DNA of 64,000 nt. Origin: Candidatus Saccharimonadales bacterium. GTDB lineage: Bacteria; Patescibacteriota; Saccharimonadia; QS-5-54-17. The notes below the pieces were generated by a model that ran no database searches, was not told the origin of the DNA, and was given only the letters and a program-made list of their open reading frames with translations. Both the position numbers and the translations under genes were made by a program. The DNA lies in NCBI GenBank assembly GCA_040903985.1, contig JBBDUI010000002.1:104204-168203 (forward strand), in the 5' to 3' direction. Positions 7,534 to 17,179 of this stretch are shown here, piece after piece. The first letter of the stretch is position 1. Every line of letters starts with the position of its first letter.

Positions 7534-8850
7534 ATGAGTAAAAACCTTCCCATCGTAACCATCGTGGGCCGTCCCAACGTTGGCAAATCCAGCCTATTCA
7601 ATCGCCTGCTCGGCGAACGTAAAGCTGTTGTCTCCGATACAGCCGGCACTACTCGCGACCGCGTTCAAGCCATTGTAGAGTGGGGTGGACGAGATTTTTG
7701 GTTAATTGATACAGCCGGACTAGAGGCAGCTGAGAACGAGCTAGAGGCCTCGATGCAGGCCCAGCTCGAGGTAGCCCGCTCCCAAGCTGACGTGATTCTA
7801 ATCGTGATCGACGCCAGCACTATCTTATCCGACAGTGACAACCGTATCATCAAAGACGCCTATAAAAGCGGTAAGCCGATCATCGTAGCGGCTAACAAAT
7901 CCGATCGTAAACACCCTCAGGTCGAGTTCGACAAACTTCCAGCTAAACAAGTGGTGCCGGTTTCGGCCATTCACGGTACCGGCAGCGGTGATTTGCTTGA
8001 TGCCATCATCGCCCACGTCCCCAAAGTCCGCGTAGATGCAGAGCTCCCGCCAGCTATAGCTATCGTCGGTCGGCCGAACGTAGGTAAATCCAGTCTACTC
8101 AACGTCCTAGCCGGTGAAGACCGGGCTATCGTAGCTAATGAAGGTGGCACCACCCGTGACGTTAACGATATCGACATCGTCCATGAAGGACTGCCCTGGC
8201 GACTGCTCGATACGGCCGGTATACGTAAGATTGGCAAACGCGCCCACGACATCGAACAATACTCGACCCTGCGCACGCTCCGCGCCATCAATGATAGTGA
8301 TGTCTGCGTGCTAGTAACCGACGCTAACGAGCCGGCTACCGGGCAGGACCAACGCATCGCCGGCATGATCAAAGAGGCTGGTAAGGGTATGTTAATCGCG
8401 ATTAACAAGTGGGACTTGACCGAACGCAGCGATGCCGATGTCCGTCGGCTTGAACTCGAGTACCAACGACGGTTCCAGTTCGTCTGGTGGGCACCATTAG
8501 TTATGACCTCCGCCACTACCCGGCACAACGTTTTTAAGATCATCGAGCTAGCTAGCACCATCCAAGCTAACCGTCAGCGCAAACTGACCACCAGTGAGCT
8601 TAATACCTACCTCCGCGACGCCATGAGCGCCCACCCACCGGCCGGATTGAAGAACCGCCACCCTAAACTGAAATACATCACCCAGACCGAGGTCGCCCCA
8701 CCGACCTTTACCGTCTTCGGCACCCATACGCCGTTTCTGCACTGGTCTTATAAACGGTTTCTCGAAGCTCAGCTCCGAGACCGCTATGACTTCACCGGCA
8801 CCCCAGTTCGTTTTCAATGGCGTAGTAGTAAAAAGGAAGAGGCAGTATGA
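7534..8850 (+). CDS. der: Ribosome-associated GTPase Der (EngA), two tandem GTPase domains plus KH-like
   Basis: Two G1 motifs GRPNVGKSSLFNRL and GRPNVGKSSLLNVL. DTAG and NKxD motifs twice. Confidence 0.9.
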   Translation: MSKNLPIVTIVGRPNVGKSSLFNRLLGERKAVVSDTAGTTRDRVQAIVEWGGRDFWLIDTAGLEAAENELEASMQAQLEVARSQADVILIVIDASTILSDSDNRIIKDAYKSGKPIIVAANKSDRKHPQVEFDKLPAKQVVPVSAIHGTGSGDLLDAIIAHVPKVRVDAELPPAIAIVGRPNVGKSSLLNVLAGEDRAIVANEGGTTRDVNDIDIVHEGLPWRLLDTAGIRKIGKRAHDIEQYSTLRTLRAINDSDVCVLVTDANEPATGQDQRIAGMIKEAGKGMLIAINKWDLTERSDADVRRLELEYQRRFQFVWWAPLVMTSATTRHNVFKIIELASTIQANRQRKLTTSELNTYLRDAMSAHPPAGLKNRHPKLKYITQTEVAPPTFTVFGTHTPFLHWSYKRFLEAQLRDRYDFTGTPVRFQWRSSKKEEAV

Positions 8851-9431
8851 AATTAATAGTAGGGCTCGGCAACGCCGGCAACCGTTACGCTAACACCCGG
8901 CACAACGCCGGCGTGATGGCACTGAATCACTATACTCAGAAAAAACAGGTCCGTTTTGAGCACAAAACTAAGTTCGAGGCCGAACTGGCGAAAAAGCAAG
9001 ACACCATCTTTATCAAACCACTAACCATGATGAACCGCAGCGGACTGGCCGTACGTAAAATCAGCGAGTTTTACGACATTCCGGTCGAGGACATACTTAT
9101 CATCTACGATGAGCTTGCGCTGCCATTCGGCACCATCCGCAGTCGCGGCGGAGGGCAACACGCTGGACATAACGGCATCAAATCCATCATTAATCACCTA
9201 AAGAGCGATAACTTCGCCCGTCTGCGCATCGGTATTGCAAACGAATTTACCTCCAAACAGCCCGCAGAAGAGTTCGTATTGCAGTCCTTCTCCAAGGCTG
9301 AAAATAAACTCCTACCAGAGATATTTGAGCTGAGTAACCCCATCATCGCCAGCTTCGCCGAAAGTGGCGTGCTACTGAAAGAAACTCATAAATACGAGCC
9401 GGAAGAGGACGAGCCAGACGAGCTAGTATAG
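8847..9431 (+). CDS. pth: Peptidyl-tRNA hydrolase
   Basis: MKLIVGLGNAGNRYANTRHNAGV N-terminus. Catalytic His. ATGA overlap with der. Confidence 0.9.
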   Translation: MKLIVGLGNAGNRYANTRHNAGVMALNHYTQKKQVRFEHKTKFEAELAKKQDTIFIKPLTMMNRSGLAVRKISEFYDIPVEDILIIYDELALPFGTIRSRGGGQHAGHNGIKSIINHLKSDNFARLRIGIANEFTSKQPAEEFVLQSFSKAENKLLPEIFELSNPIIASFAESGVLLKETHKYEPEEDEPDELV

Positions 9432-9452
9432 GCTAGTAGACCCCTAAAACGA

Positions 9453-9497
9453 GCAAGGCCACTCGGCTTAGGGTGGGGTATAAGCGAGTGGCCTTGC
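9453..9497 (+). terminator. Stem-loop after pth (13-bp stem, no clear U tract)
   Basis: gcaaggccactcg...cgagtggccttgc. Confidence 0.4.
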
Positions 9498-9716
9498 ACA
9501 TCCCTTCAATTCGTAAGAGTAAGTTGCGACACTAACTTCTCGTGAATTAAAGGGAAATGACAGTGCCCAGTTACGCTGGAGGGTAAATCACGCTAAAAGC
9601 ATGAAAGTAACTAGGCAATGTCGTATAGTAATAGGAGGTGCTTAAGAGTGTTAAACACTCTCACCGTTTATTTTTATCATTTATTTGTATCTTTGTCAAT
9701 ACTATTGTATTAACAA

Positions 9717-10571
9717 ATGACTATCTCAACCATCACCCGCCGTTCATCAGCCTATCCTCAGCTGTTACGCGAGATCGCCCATCCGCCCAAGCAGCTCTAC
9801 GTTTGCGGGGAACTACGTACTGATTTGCCTCTAGTCGCTATAGTCGGCACGCGTAAGCCAACCCGTTATGGACGGGAGATCACCGCTCGATTGAGTGGGG
9901 ACCTAGCTCAAACGGGTATCGGCATCGTCAGCGGCTTAGCCCTCGGTTGTGACGCCATCGCTCACCGGGCAGCCCTAGAGGCGGGCGGCTATACTATCGC
10001 CATCATGGCCTGCGGTCTGGACCGACTCTACCCAGCCACGAACCGACAACTGGGTATCCGTATTCTCCGGCAAAAGGGCGTCATAATCAGCGAATATGAT
10101 AGTGGTATGCCGCCACTCAAACAGAACTTTGCCGTCCGCAATCGTATCATCTCCGGTCTAACGCTGGGCGTAGTCATAACCGAAGCGGCCGAGCGTAGTG
10201 GCTCGCTGATTACGGCCACCTTTGCTCTGGAGCAAAATCGGGAGGTAATGGCCGTACCCGGGAACATCACTAGCCCTTTAAGTGCCGGTACGAACAATCT
10301 CATCAAGGCCGGCGCCACACCGGTAACTAGCGCTGGCGACATCCTGACGGCGCTCGATCTAGCTACTACTGCTAATCCGTCGCTGGCGCCCTCCGGCAGT
10401 AGCCCCGATGAAGCAGCCGTACTAGCGCTCCTAGCCGAGGGGGTGAGCGACGGCGATGAGCTGCTGCAGCGATTAGAATGGGAGCCAGCCCGCTTCAACC
10501 AAGTCATCACCCTACTAGAGCTATCCGGGAAGGTGCGCAGCCTCGGTGGTGGGAAGTGGATTAGTAACTAA
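9717..10571 (+). CDS. dprA: DNA processing protein DprA (Smf)
   Basis: Rossmann-like DprA core (VAIVGTRKPTRYG, GLALGCDAIAHRAAL, GNITSPLSAGTNNLIK) and C-terminal winged-helix-like extension. Confidence 0.85.
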   Translation: MTISTITRRSSAYPQLLREIAHPPKQLYVCGELRTDLPLVAIVGTRKPTRYGREITARLSGDLAQTGIGIVSGLALGCDAIAHRAALEAGGYTIAIMACGLDRLYPATNRQLGIRILRQKGVIISEYDSGMPPLKQNFAVRNRIISGLTLGVVITEAAERSGSLITATFALEQNREVMAVPGNITSPLSAGTNNLIKAGATPVTSAGDILTALDLATTANPSLAPSGSSPDEAAVLALLAEGVSDGDELLQRLEWEPARFNQVITLLELSGKVRSLGGGKWISN

Positions 10572-11080
10572 CGTGGTGGCATCTTACGTTCAACGACGTG
10601 ACGATACAGTCGGTCGGTAAAGCGTGATAAGCCACAATCGATAATCGCATCCAATCCACGCAAAGTCAGCACAGCCTTATCCCACTTACTCAAGCCTGTC
10701 TTACCATATTGATCAATCTGACCACAGATAAGCGTATGAGTCGGAAGGAGTAACTTACGCAGACTCGGCTCATCTATGCCAGCCCGTTGACTCAGCAGTC
10801 GCACTACACCTGGCTCCACAGGTACGCTAGCGTAGGCATAGGCCCGTAAGAAGGTAACACTCAGCCGTCTATAAGCGTCCGGATCCTCATAAAATACTTT
10901 ATCCAATTTGCCTGTCATGAGTAGGTCGCCTCGAAACGGTGTATCGGCCTCGGCTAGCTCATGGCCGGCCGCCACCACCCGTTCGGCATCTTCTAGAATC
11001 AAGCCGTCGGCATAAGTTATATATGCCGCTGCATGATACTTTGAGGCATCATACTCGCATTCAGTTGGACGATATTCCAT
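10568..11080 (-). CDS. Hypothetical protein (170 aa)
   Basis: ORF with ATG and codon usage like its neighbours. No recognisable motif. Overlaps the dprA stop by 4 nt, convergent. Confidence 0.45.
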   Translation of the reverse strand: MEYRPTECEYDASKYHAAAYITYADGLILEDAERVVAAGHELAEADTPFRGDLLMTGKLDKVFYEDPDAYRRLSVTFLRAYAYASVPVEPGVVRLLSQRAGIDEPSLRKLLLPTHTLICGQIDQYGKTGLSKWDKAVLTLRGLDAIIDCGLSRFTDRLYRHVVERKMPPR

Positions 11081-11145
11081 AATCCCTTAATACTTACGCA
11101 CTACTACGCAACTTTGCAAGCCTAAGCCTTATGCCCTAGAGTGCT

Positions 11146-11721
11146 ATGATTAAGGCTATGCGTTACTCCACCCCTCAGCCGGCCCGAGGTCCTGATCAGG
11201 CTCAAATCACCGATCTCTTCACCCGCACCCTCGGCGGTACTGCCGAGCCGTACTTACTACCCACCTCAGCCCGACAGTGCTTAGTCGTGCATCAGTCCGA
11301 AGAAATAGTCGGCGCGATCACACTCTCACACTACGAATCATTAGTCGCTCTCTTAGCCCAGCTGAATATCGACCCCGACGCTCAGGCCGAACTGTCGCAG
11401 CTGCTCGGCGCAGTAGAGGGCAGGGTAGGGCTGATCGACCAGGTCGCCGTAGACCCGAGTCACCAAGGCCAGGGTTTAGGCACCACTCTTATCCAGAGTG
11501 GGCTCCGCTGGCTGCAGGCCGCGGGTGTAACGCAGAGCGTGACTTTCGCCCAAGTCCACAGGGACAGTTGTCCGCTGGCTGGCGCGCTGGAAGCTAACGG
11601 CGGCCGGATGGTAGGGGAGATAGCTAACTTCTGGACGACAGCTTATCAAGCAGAGGACTGGCAGTGTCAGCATTGTGAAGCAGATTGTCACTGCCAGGCC
11701 CGCCTCTACCTCATAGACTGA
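11146..11721 (+). CDS. GNAT family N-acetyltransferase with C-terminal Cys cluster
   Basis: Motif A-like IDQVAVDPSHQGQGLGTTLIQSGLRWLQAAGV. C-terminal CQHCEADCHC. Confidence 0.65.
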   Translation: MIKAMRYSTPQPARGPDQAQITDLFTRTLGGTAEPYLLPTSARQCLVVHQSEEIVGAITLSHYESLVALLAQLNIDPDAQAELSQLLGAVEGRVGLIDQVAVDPSHQGQGLGTTLIQSGLRWLQAAGVTQSVTFAQVHRDSCPLAGALEANGGRMVGEIANFWTTAYQAEDWQCQHCEADCHCQARLYLID

Positions 11722-11750
11722 TAGTAATTTCCATTATATAATATTGTGAT

Positions 11751-12401
11751 ATGGAAGAGTTGAATCCTAACCAAGTCCCAAAGACGGCCCAGGACCACAT
11801 CAGGGCCATAGATAACGAGTTGATCCTCTACTGGGACGATATCATCGATTACCTAGATGTCCAGGAAGGCCGGATCTTCGGTACCGAAGCCCACGAGATT
11901 CTCGATGAAGCGGCGCGCCTGATTAACTACGGCGGCTTGGTCCCACCGGAGAGGGAGCCGGTAGCCGTAAACGATGCCTTCTACCGCGGCGGCCTACTGG
12001 GCTGGCGCCTAGTGGAGGAGCTCCTTGGTGGCGGCTACTCGGAACGAATCGCAGAATACCCGATCGACCTGATCGAGCCGACTGAGGGCTTTACTAGTGA
12101 GCTAGAGCGTTATCAAGCATTGGCTAGAAGCATCTGGGAGCTAGGCGGGCATGGCTATGATCGAGCGAGTGCATATCACACCTGGCTGGAAAGCCTGGAA
12201 GACCAGATCGCTCCAGAAGGAGCCGACCACCACTACTTACAGCATGGCTTCGGCTTTGTACTACAGCTAGCCTACCGACTCGAAGATCAAGCTGCCCAAC
12301 GTGAAAGTAAAGAAGACCTGGCCCGGATGCAGGGTGAGGCAGACGAGAACGTCGATTGGGACAGGGTAATAGCAGATATATATAAAAAAGAATCACGCTA
12401 A
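11751..12401 (+). CDS. Hypothetical protein (216 aa, acidic)
   Basis: Long ORF with no motif recognised. Confidence 0.5.
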   Translation: MEELNPNQVPKTAQDHIRAIDNELILYWDDIIDYLDVQEGRIFGTEAHEILDEAARLINYGGLVPPEREPVAVNDAFYRGGLLGWRLVEELLGGGYSERIAEYPIDLIEPTEGFTSELERYQALARSIWELGGHGYDRASAYHTWLESLEDQIAPEGADHHYLQHGFGFVLQLAYRLEDQAAQRESKEDLARMQGEADENVDWDRVIADIYKKESR

Positions 12402-12533
12402 GCTAAGGCCTAACGAGCTACGGCAATTTATTTAACGTACTTATGCTTGATAGTGCGAGTCTGATAGAGCAAAATAACAGCTGTTATCGCATACCCGTGA
12501 TAGCCTAGCCGACCTATTCAAGGGGTCTACGCG

Positions 12534-12914
12534 ATGCACCTTGCCATCGTCAGCCGTGCCGTGCTGGACAGTCAGCCGGCTACGGTCGCACTTAGCCAGA
12601 AGCTCGGACCGTACGGACCGGTCATCATGATTGAACCGTTCGAGGCAATCATAGCCCAGCTGGAGGGGTTCGAGAACGACTCGGAGGAGTACCGCCTGGA
12701 AGGCCGTCGTGCCTTTACCGAGGCGACCACTCACTCCGACTGCCTCGAGCAGTCCCTAGAGCGAGTCCGGCACCTCTGCCTCTCGCAAGACGAGTGGGAC
12801 CACCGTCCGACCCGGACCCTCATCGAGCGCTGTCTCGACCCGTGGTTCGAGGAGATCGGCATAGTTGATCTCTCCATCTGGATGTGGAAACCAAACGGAC
12901 AGACCTGGCACTAG
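12534..12914 (+). CDS. Hypothetical protein (126 aa), GC-rich segment
   Basis: ORF in a locally ~60% GC stretch. No motif. Confidence 0.4.
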   Translation: MHLAIVSRAVLDSQPATVALSQKLGPYGPVIMIEPFEAIIAQLEGFENDSEEYRLEGRRAFTEATTHSDCLEQSLERVRHLCLSQDEWDHRPTRTLIERCLDPWFEEIGIVDLSIWMWKPNGQTWH

Positions 12915-12981
12915 ATCGGTCCTGGCGGCGCGCTCAACTATTCTCAACTGAGAGGAGCGCGCCGCCCGTCACTTTTATCCA

Positions 12982-13290
12982 CTATTCCGTCTCTTTATGC
13001 TTTTGCTCGCGCACATGGCGCACTATGGCGCGGGCGACCACCACACTACCAGCGCTAACCATGGTTAGTAGAACTATCTTCCGGGCTGCCGTTAGACGAC
13101 TAGCGGCTACTGCTCCATCGTCCTCAAACTCTGGCAGCCCACCAATATCTTGATCAGAAGGCAGCTCGGATAATGTACTATTTATTAGATTATTAATAGG
13201 TGTGTCTCCATGAACTAACCGTGCCTCGGTATCGACGGCCTCCAGAACATCAGGGTCTTCGAGGTTATAACGGCTAATAGGGAGCTCCAT
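12982..13290 (-). CDS. Hypothetical tail-anchored membrane protein (102 aa)
   Basis: C-terminal hydrophobic helix LLTMVSAGSVVVARAIV. Weak SD. Confidence 0.35.
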   Translation of the reverse strand: MELPISRYNLEDPDVLEAVDTEARLVHGDTPINNLINSTLSELPSDQDIGGLPEFEDDGAVAASRLTAARKIVLLTMVSAGSVVVARAIVRHVREQKHKETE

Positions 13291-13371
13291 AGTGGCTCAA
13301 CTCTAGCATACTTTGTCTCAATCGGAGTTAAACCTTTGCTATAATCTAGGTCGAATATAGAAGAGGATGCT

Positions 13372-13839
13372 ATGAAAATTCAAGAATTAGATAACACTGA
13401 TACCGGCTACCGGCCCGATAAGCAGGAAATCATTGAGTGGCTCCACACTCAGACACTGGGTGTGATCGCTACCCTGGATGAGACCGGTCAACCCCAGGGA
13501 GCGACAGTAGCTTTTTCCGAGACAGAGGACTGCGAGCTGATCATAGGCACAAGTGAGACTTCACGCAAAGCCGCAAACATCGCTCGTGACGGCCGCCTCT
13601 CCTTTACTGTTACTTCACCCGAACAACGTTACACTGTCCAACTCGAAGGCATAGCTCGCAAACTCAGCGATGCAGAGTTCGAGCCTTACGCTGAGCGGCA
13701 TTACGCCAAACTCCCTGCCTCAGCCCCATTTCGTAACGTCAAAGAGCAGTGCCATATCCTCATCACTCCCACCTGGATCCGCTTCAGCGACTGTAACCCT
13801 TACCAATGGGTCCTGACGGAATACCAAGTAGAGGACTAA
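13372..13839 (+). CDS. Pyridoxamine 5'-phosphate oxidase-like FMN-binding split-barrel protein
   Basis: Length and pattern (GVIATLDETGQPQGATVAF...GRLSFTV) typical of the PNPOx-like family. AGGA SD. Confidence 0.65.
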   Translation: MKIQELDNTDTGYRPDKQEIIEWLHTQTLGVIATLDETGQPQGATVAFSETEDCELIIGTSETSRKAANIARDGRLSFTVTSPEQRYTVQLEGIARKLSDAEFEPYAERHYAKLPASAPFRNVKEQCHILITPTWIRFSDCNPYQWVLTEYQVED

Positions 13840-13985
13840 ACCGCCATTAACCAGATTATAAAAATGTGTCTTCTTAAGCTATATCACATTATTCTGCATT
13901 GACAAATGCCATAATTATGCTATTATAGACAAGAATTTTCTCTATCTAGGAGGGGGTTCGCTATTTGATAACGGAAAAATGGTCT

Positions 13986-14034
13986 GACTCACGGTGATAT
14001 AGGTACGTTAAATGCACCTATGTCACCGTGAGTC
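13986..14034. promoter_or_regulatory. 49-bp near-perfect palindrome (18-bp arms, 1 mismatch) followed by a caccgtga direct repeat, upstream of 14069 CDS
   Basis: Left arm gactcacggtgatatagg, right arm cctatgtcaccgtgagtc, 13-nt spacer, then gtcaccgtgagtcaccgtgac. Confidence 0.4.
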
Positions 14035-14068
14035 ACCGTGACTTATGGGATTGCATAAGGAGAGCACG

Positions 14069-14686
14069 ATGAACAGCATAATGATCAGCCCGGCCATCGC
14101 ACGGGCCTCTACGATCATTCGCCAGAAGGGCATCATCGTGCACTCCGTGCACGAAAGGGTCCACGCTCTCGATGACCTATTCGACGTCAGCTACGCTAAA
14201 CTGGCGAGCGACGCCATCATCTGGATCGGAGCGAAGCACCACGAGAAGGTGGTGCAACGACTCCGAGCCGCAGTGGCTGCCGACCGTCCGGATCTGCTCG
14301 TCAACCTCTTCGAGGAGGTTGCACAGCTTCAAATCACCGCTCAGCGTGAATACGACGATCTGGTGAAAGAGGCCTGGAGATTCTACGACGCGCCAGATTT
14401 CGCAAAGATCCCCGCTCAAGCGCGTGCAGCCATCTTTGACGGCTGCGAGGATCCACTCGTTGGCGAGCTGAGGAAGGTGGAGCAGCTACGCCAGGCAATT
14501 GTCGTAGCTGAAAGGACCTTCCGGTCCCTCTCCAGAATGCCGAACCGGCAATCTGAGCGATCCCGGCCCAAGTCGAGCTCCAGCAAGGTCCCAGGCGTCT
14601 GTCGCTCACACAACTGCAGCACGCCACATGCGAGCAAGAGCGAGCATGATCGTGACCTACGAACCAAGATGCGCGGTCGAAGCTAG
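14069..14686 (+). CDS. Hypothetical protein (205 aa), GC-rich, basic Ser-rich C-terminus
   Basis: ATG at 14069 with AAGGAGAG SD is preferred over the track start at 14045. Confidence 0.5.
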   Translation: MNSIMISPAIARASTIIRQKGIIVHSVHERVHALDDLFDVSYAKLASDAIIWIGAKHHEKVVQRLRAAVAADRPDLLVNLFEEVAQLQITAQREYDDLVKEAWRFYDAPDFAKIPAQARAAIFDGCEDPLVGELRKVEQLRQAIVVAERTFRSLSRMPNRQSERSRPKSSSSKVPGVCRSHNCSTPHASKSEHDRDLRTKMRGRS

Positions 14687-15043
14687 GGCAGCTAGCCCTA
14701 GCACCCGGCGGGGAAGTGGTGCAAATGAGCCGAAACGCTCAGTCCCAAGCACCCTCCCCGCCGCGCACCATGAGCCCTGACCATTTTTCCGCGCTCTTTT
14801 TTTGAATTAGAGTAGCTTTTATAGAACAGAGATATGGCTAGTAGGCAATACTGCATTGCATAGTAGCCAGTTCTCAACTAACTTAGTAACCACCGATTAA
14901 CGAAATATCTCATGCTCTGACAGTTGGTACCGAGTTACTTGCAAATATACTGGATACCGAGTCAGACCATCGTTGTGGGAAGAGGCTAACTACCGGCTAG
15001 GCAAGAAGCGTTTAGCACGCTAATGCTATAATTATAGATAAGT

Positions 15044-15700
15044 ATGAAGCGTATCAAGGAGCTAGATAAGCTTGATCGACCGCGGGAGAAACTAGCGCTC
15101 AAAGGCCCTAAAGCCCTATCGGACCTTGAGCTCTTACAGGCTCTAATTGGAAGCGGCAATAAATACACTGACGTATCTAGTATAGCCAGAGAAGTAAAGA
15201 AACTTCTACGTAAGCACGGCTCTGACATATCCTACAATCAACTAAAGCAGGTAACCGGTTTAGGAACAGCCAAGGTCACTGAGATACTCGCATCGATCGA
15301 GCTTTCAAAGCGCTATCTAGTCGATGACGATCGACCCATCATCGACTCGCCGGAAAAAGCAGCGGAGCAGTTATCTGATATTCGCGACAAGAAACAAGAG
15401 TACTTAATCGTTATGACACTAGATGGCGCAAATCGATTGATAGAGAAGCGCACTATCGCTATCGGCACTCTTACGAACAGTCTCGTCCACCCAAGGGAAG
15501 TCTTTGCCGATGCCATCACCGATCGAGCAGCTGGCATAATCGTGGCTCACAACCATCCAGGTGGCAGCCTCGAACCGAGCAAGGCAGACTTAGAAGTAAC
15601 GACTCGCTTAAAAGCATGCGGCCAGTTACTAGGAATAATAGTAATTGATCATATCGTTATCACGAACAGTAAGCATACAAGCCTAATGGTAGGATTTTAG
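15044..15700 (+). CDS. radC: RadC-like JAB/MPN domain protein
   Basis: JAMM motif HNHPGGSLEPSKADLEVT. N-terminal HhH-like region. Low GC. Confidence 0.85.
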   Translation: MKRIKELDKLDRPREKLALKGPKALSDLELLQALIGSGNKYTDVSSIAREVKKLLRKHGSDISYNQLKQVTGLGTAKVTEILASIELSKRYLVDDDRPIIDSPEKAAEQLSDIRDKKQEYLIVMTLDGANRLIEKRTIAIGTLTNSLVHPREVFADAITDRAAGIIVAHNHPGGSLEPSKADLEVTTRLKACGQLLGIIVIDHIVITNSKHTSLMVGF

Positions 15701-15809
15701 CATGAATATGCATATGTAAAGTTAACGATACAAGTTTTAATAAGTATATTCATACTAAAAGTTTAGCTATCTACTTTACATATGTGTAATTTGTAGGTAA
15801 AATGCTTGT

Positions 15810-16970
15810 ATGGCTAAGAATAATGAATATATTGCCGGTACTACTCGAAAAGCCCATGCTGACAAGGGCTATGAATACTCATATTTCCTTCCGAGCCCAG
15901 CCCCTATAACCTTTGACCCGAAAGACCCTAAGTTAGCTCGGCTTCTAGAAGAGGCGACCCACAAACTAGGTGAACTAAATGCATATGCACGGTTTGTTCC
16001 TGATATTGATTTCTTCATTCGCATGCACGAAACGAAAGAGGCCACAGCCTCAAATAAAATAGAAGGTACCCAAACTAACATAGATGAAGCACTCATGCGT
16101 GAGGAAGATATTGCCCCAGAACGTAGAAGTGACTGGCATGAGGTGCAAAACTATATACTGGCCATGAAATTCGCCATCGATAATCTAGACAAGCTGCCAA
16201 TCGTAACTAGACTCCTTAACCAAACACATAGCATACTTCTCCAAGAAGTAAGAGGCTCTAGTAAGCAGCCGGGTAAGATTCGCAGCTCACAGAACTGGAT
16301 CGGTGGCGCTACCCTTAAAGATGCACGTTTTATCCCACCGGCTAGCGAACACATCCCGGAGCTACTAACTGATTTGGAAAACTTTCTCAATACGGACGAC
16401 CTAACTCTACCACTGTTGATAAAAGCAGGGATCGCTCACTACCAGTTTGAGACTATACACCCATACCTCGATGGTAACGGTAGACTTGGTCGACTGCTCA
16501 TTATCTTGTATCTAATAGATAAGAAGCTACTGCACAGGCCCATACTATATATATCTCAGTTCTTCGAGCAACACAGAGAAGAGTACTATGATGCCCTTAG
16601 TAGGGTCAGGAGCCATAACGATCTTGAGCATTGGCTGAAGTTCTTTCTCGTAGGAGTAAGCGAGACAGCGGAGAAAGCAGTCAATACTCTACAAGCTATC
16701 ATGCAGCTTCGTCATACGAATAGCCAGGAGATCCTAAAGCTTGGTCGACGAGCGCCTAAAGCCGGTAAATTAATCGAACACCTCTATAAGGTACCTATTA
16801 TATCGGTTAATGAAGCAGCAAAAGTGGTAGGTATGACTCCACAAGCAGCTAACACTCTTGTCGCAGAGATGGAAAAGATCGGTATACTGAAAGAGATAAC
16901 TGGTTTCAGCAGAAATAGGTTATTCATCTATAGCGCATACATCGCCCTATTTGCAGATGAAAGTAGCTAA
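15810..16970 (+). CDS. fic: Fic/DOC family protein (fido domain plus C-terminal wHTH)
   Basis: Fic motif HPYLDGNGRLGRLLIILY. Low GC (~42%). Confidence 0.9.
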   Translation: MAKNNEYIAGTTRKAHADKGYEYSYFLPSPAPITFDPKDPKLARLLEEATHKLGELNAYARFVPDIDFFIRMHETKEATASNKIEGTQTNIDEALMREEDIAPERRSDWHEVQNYILAMKFAIDNLDKLPIVTRLLNQTHSILLQEVRGSSKQPGKIRSSQNWIGGATLKDARFIPPASEHIPELLTDLENFLNTDDLTLPLLIKAGIAHYQFETIHPYLDGNGRLGRLLIILYLIDKKLLHRPILYISQFFEQHREEYYDALSRVRSHNDLEHWLKFFLVGVSETAEKAVNTLQAIMQLRHTNSQEILKLGRRAPKAGKLIEHLYKVPIISVNEAAKVVGMTPQAANTLVAEMEKIGILKEITGFSRNRLFIYSAYIALFADESS

Positions 16971-16981
16971 GAAGGATTAGC

Positions 16982-17077
16982 ATGGATATTCAAGCACTAG
17001 AAAGACAACTCTGGCAAGCAGCCGATACATTACGAGGGAATATCAGCTCATCAGACTATAAATATGTCGTACGCTGA
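16982..17077 (+). pseudogene. hsdM: Remnant of type I restriction-modification methyltransferase hsdM (first 31 codons only)
   Basis: MDIQALERQLWQAADTLRGNISSSDYKYVVR then stop. This matches the conserved HsdM N-terminus (LW.AA..LRG...S.YK.VV). Starts 12 nt after the fic stop. Confidence 0.6.
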
Positions 17078-17179
17078 ATCGATATGTACTATCTCAGAAT
17101 TATATCTGGATACCCTGTATAGACACGTAGCAATCCGTCGTCCCGCTATAATCTTAACTGCTCCAGCAAAGTGAAGCCT

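Noticed and set aside
9638-9823. 61-aa ORF overlapping the dprA start
   Set aside because: AT-rich promoter region. Overlaps the dprA 5' end. No SD.
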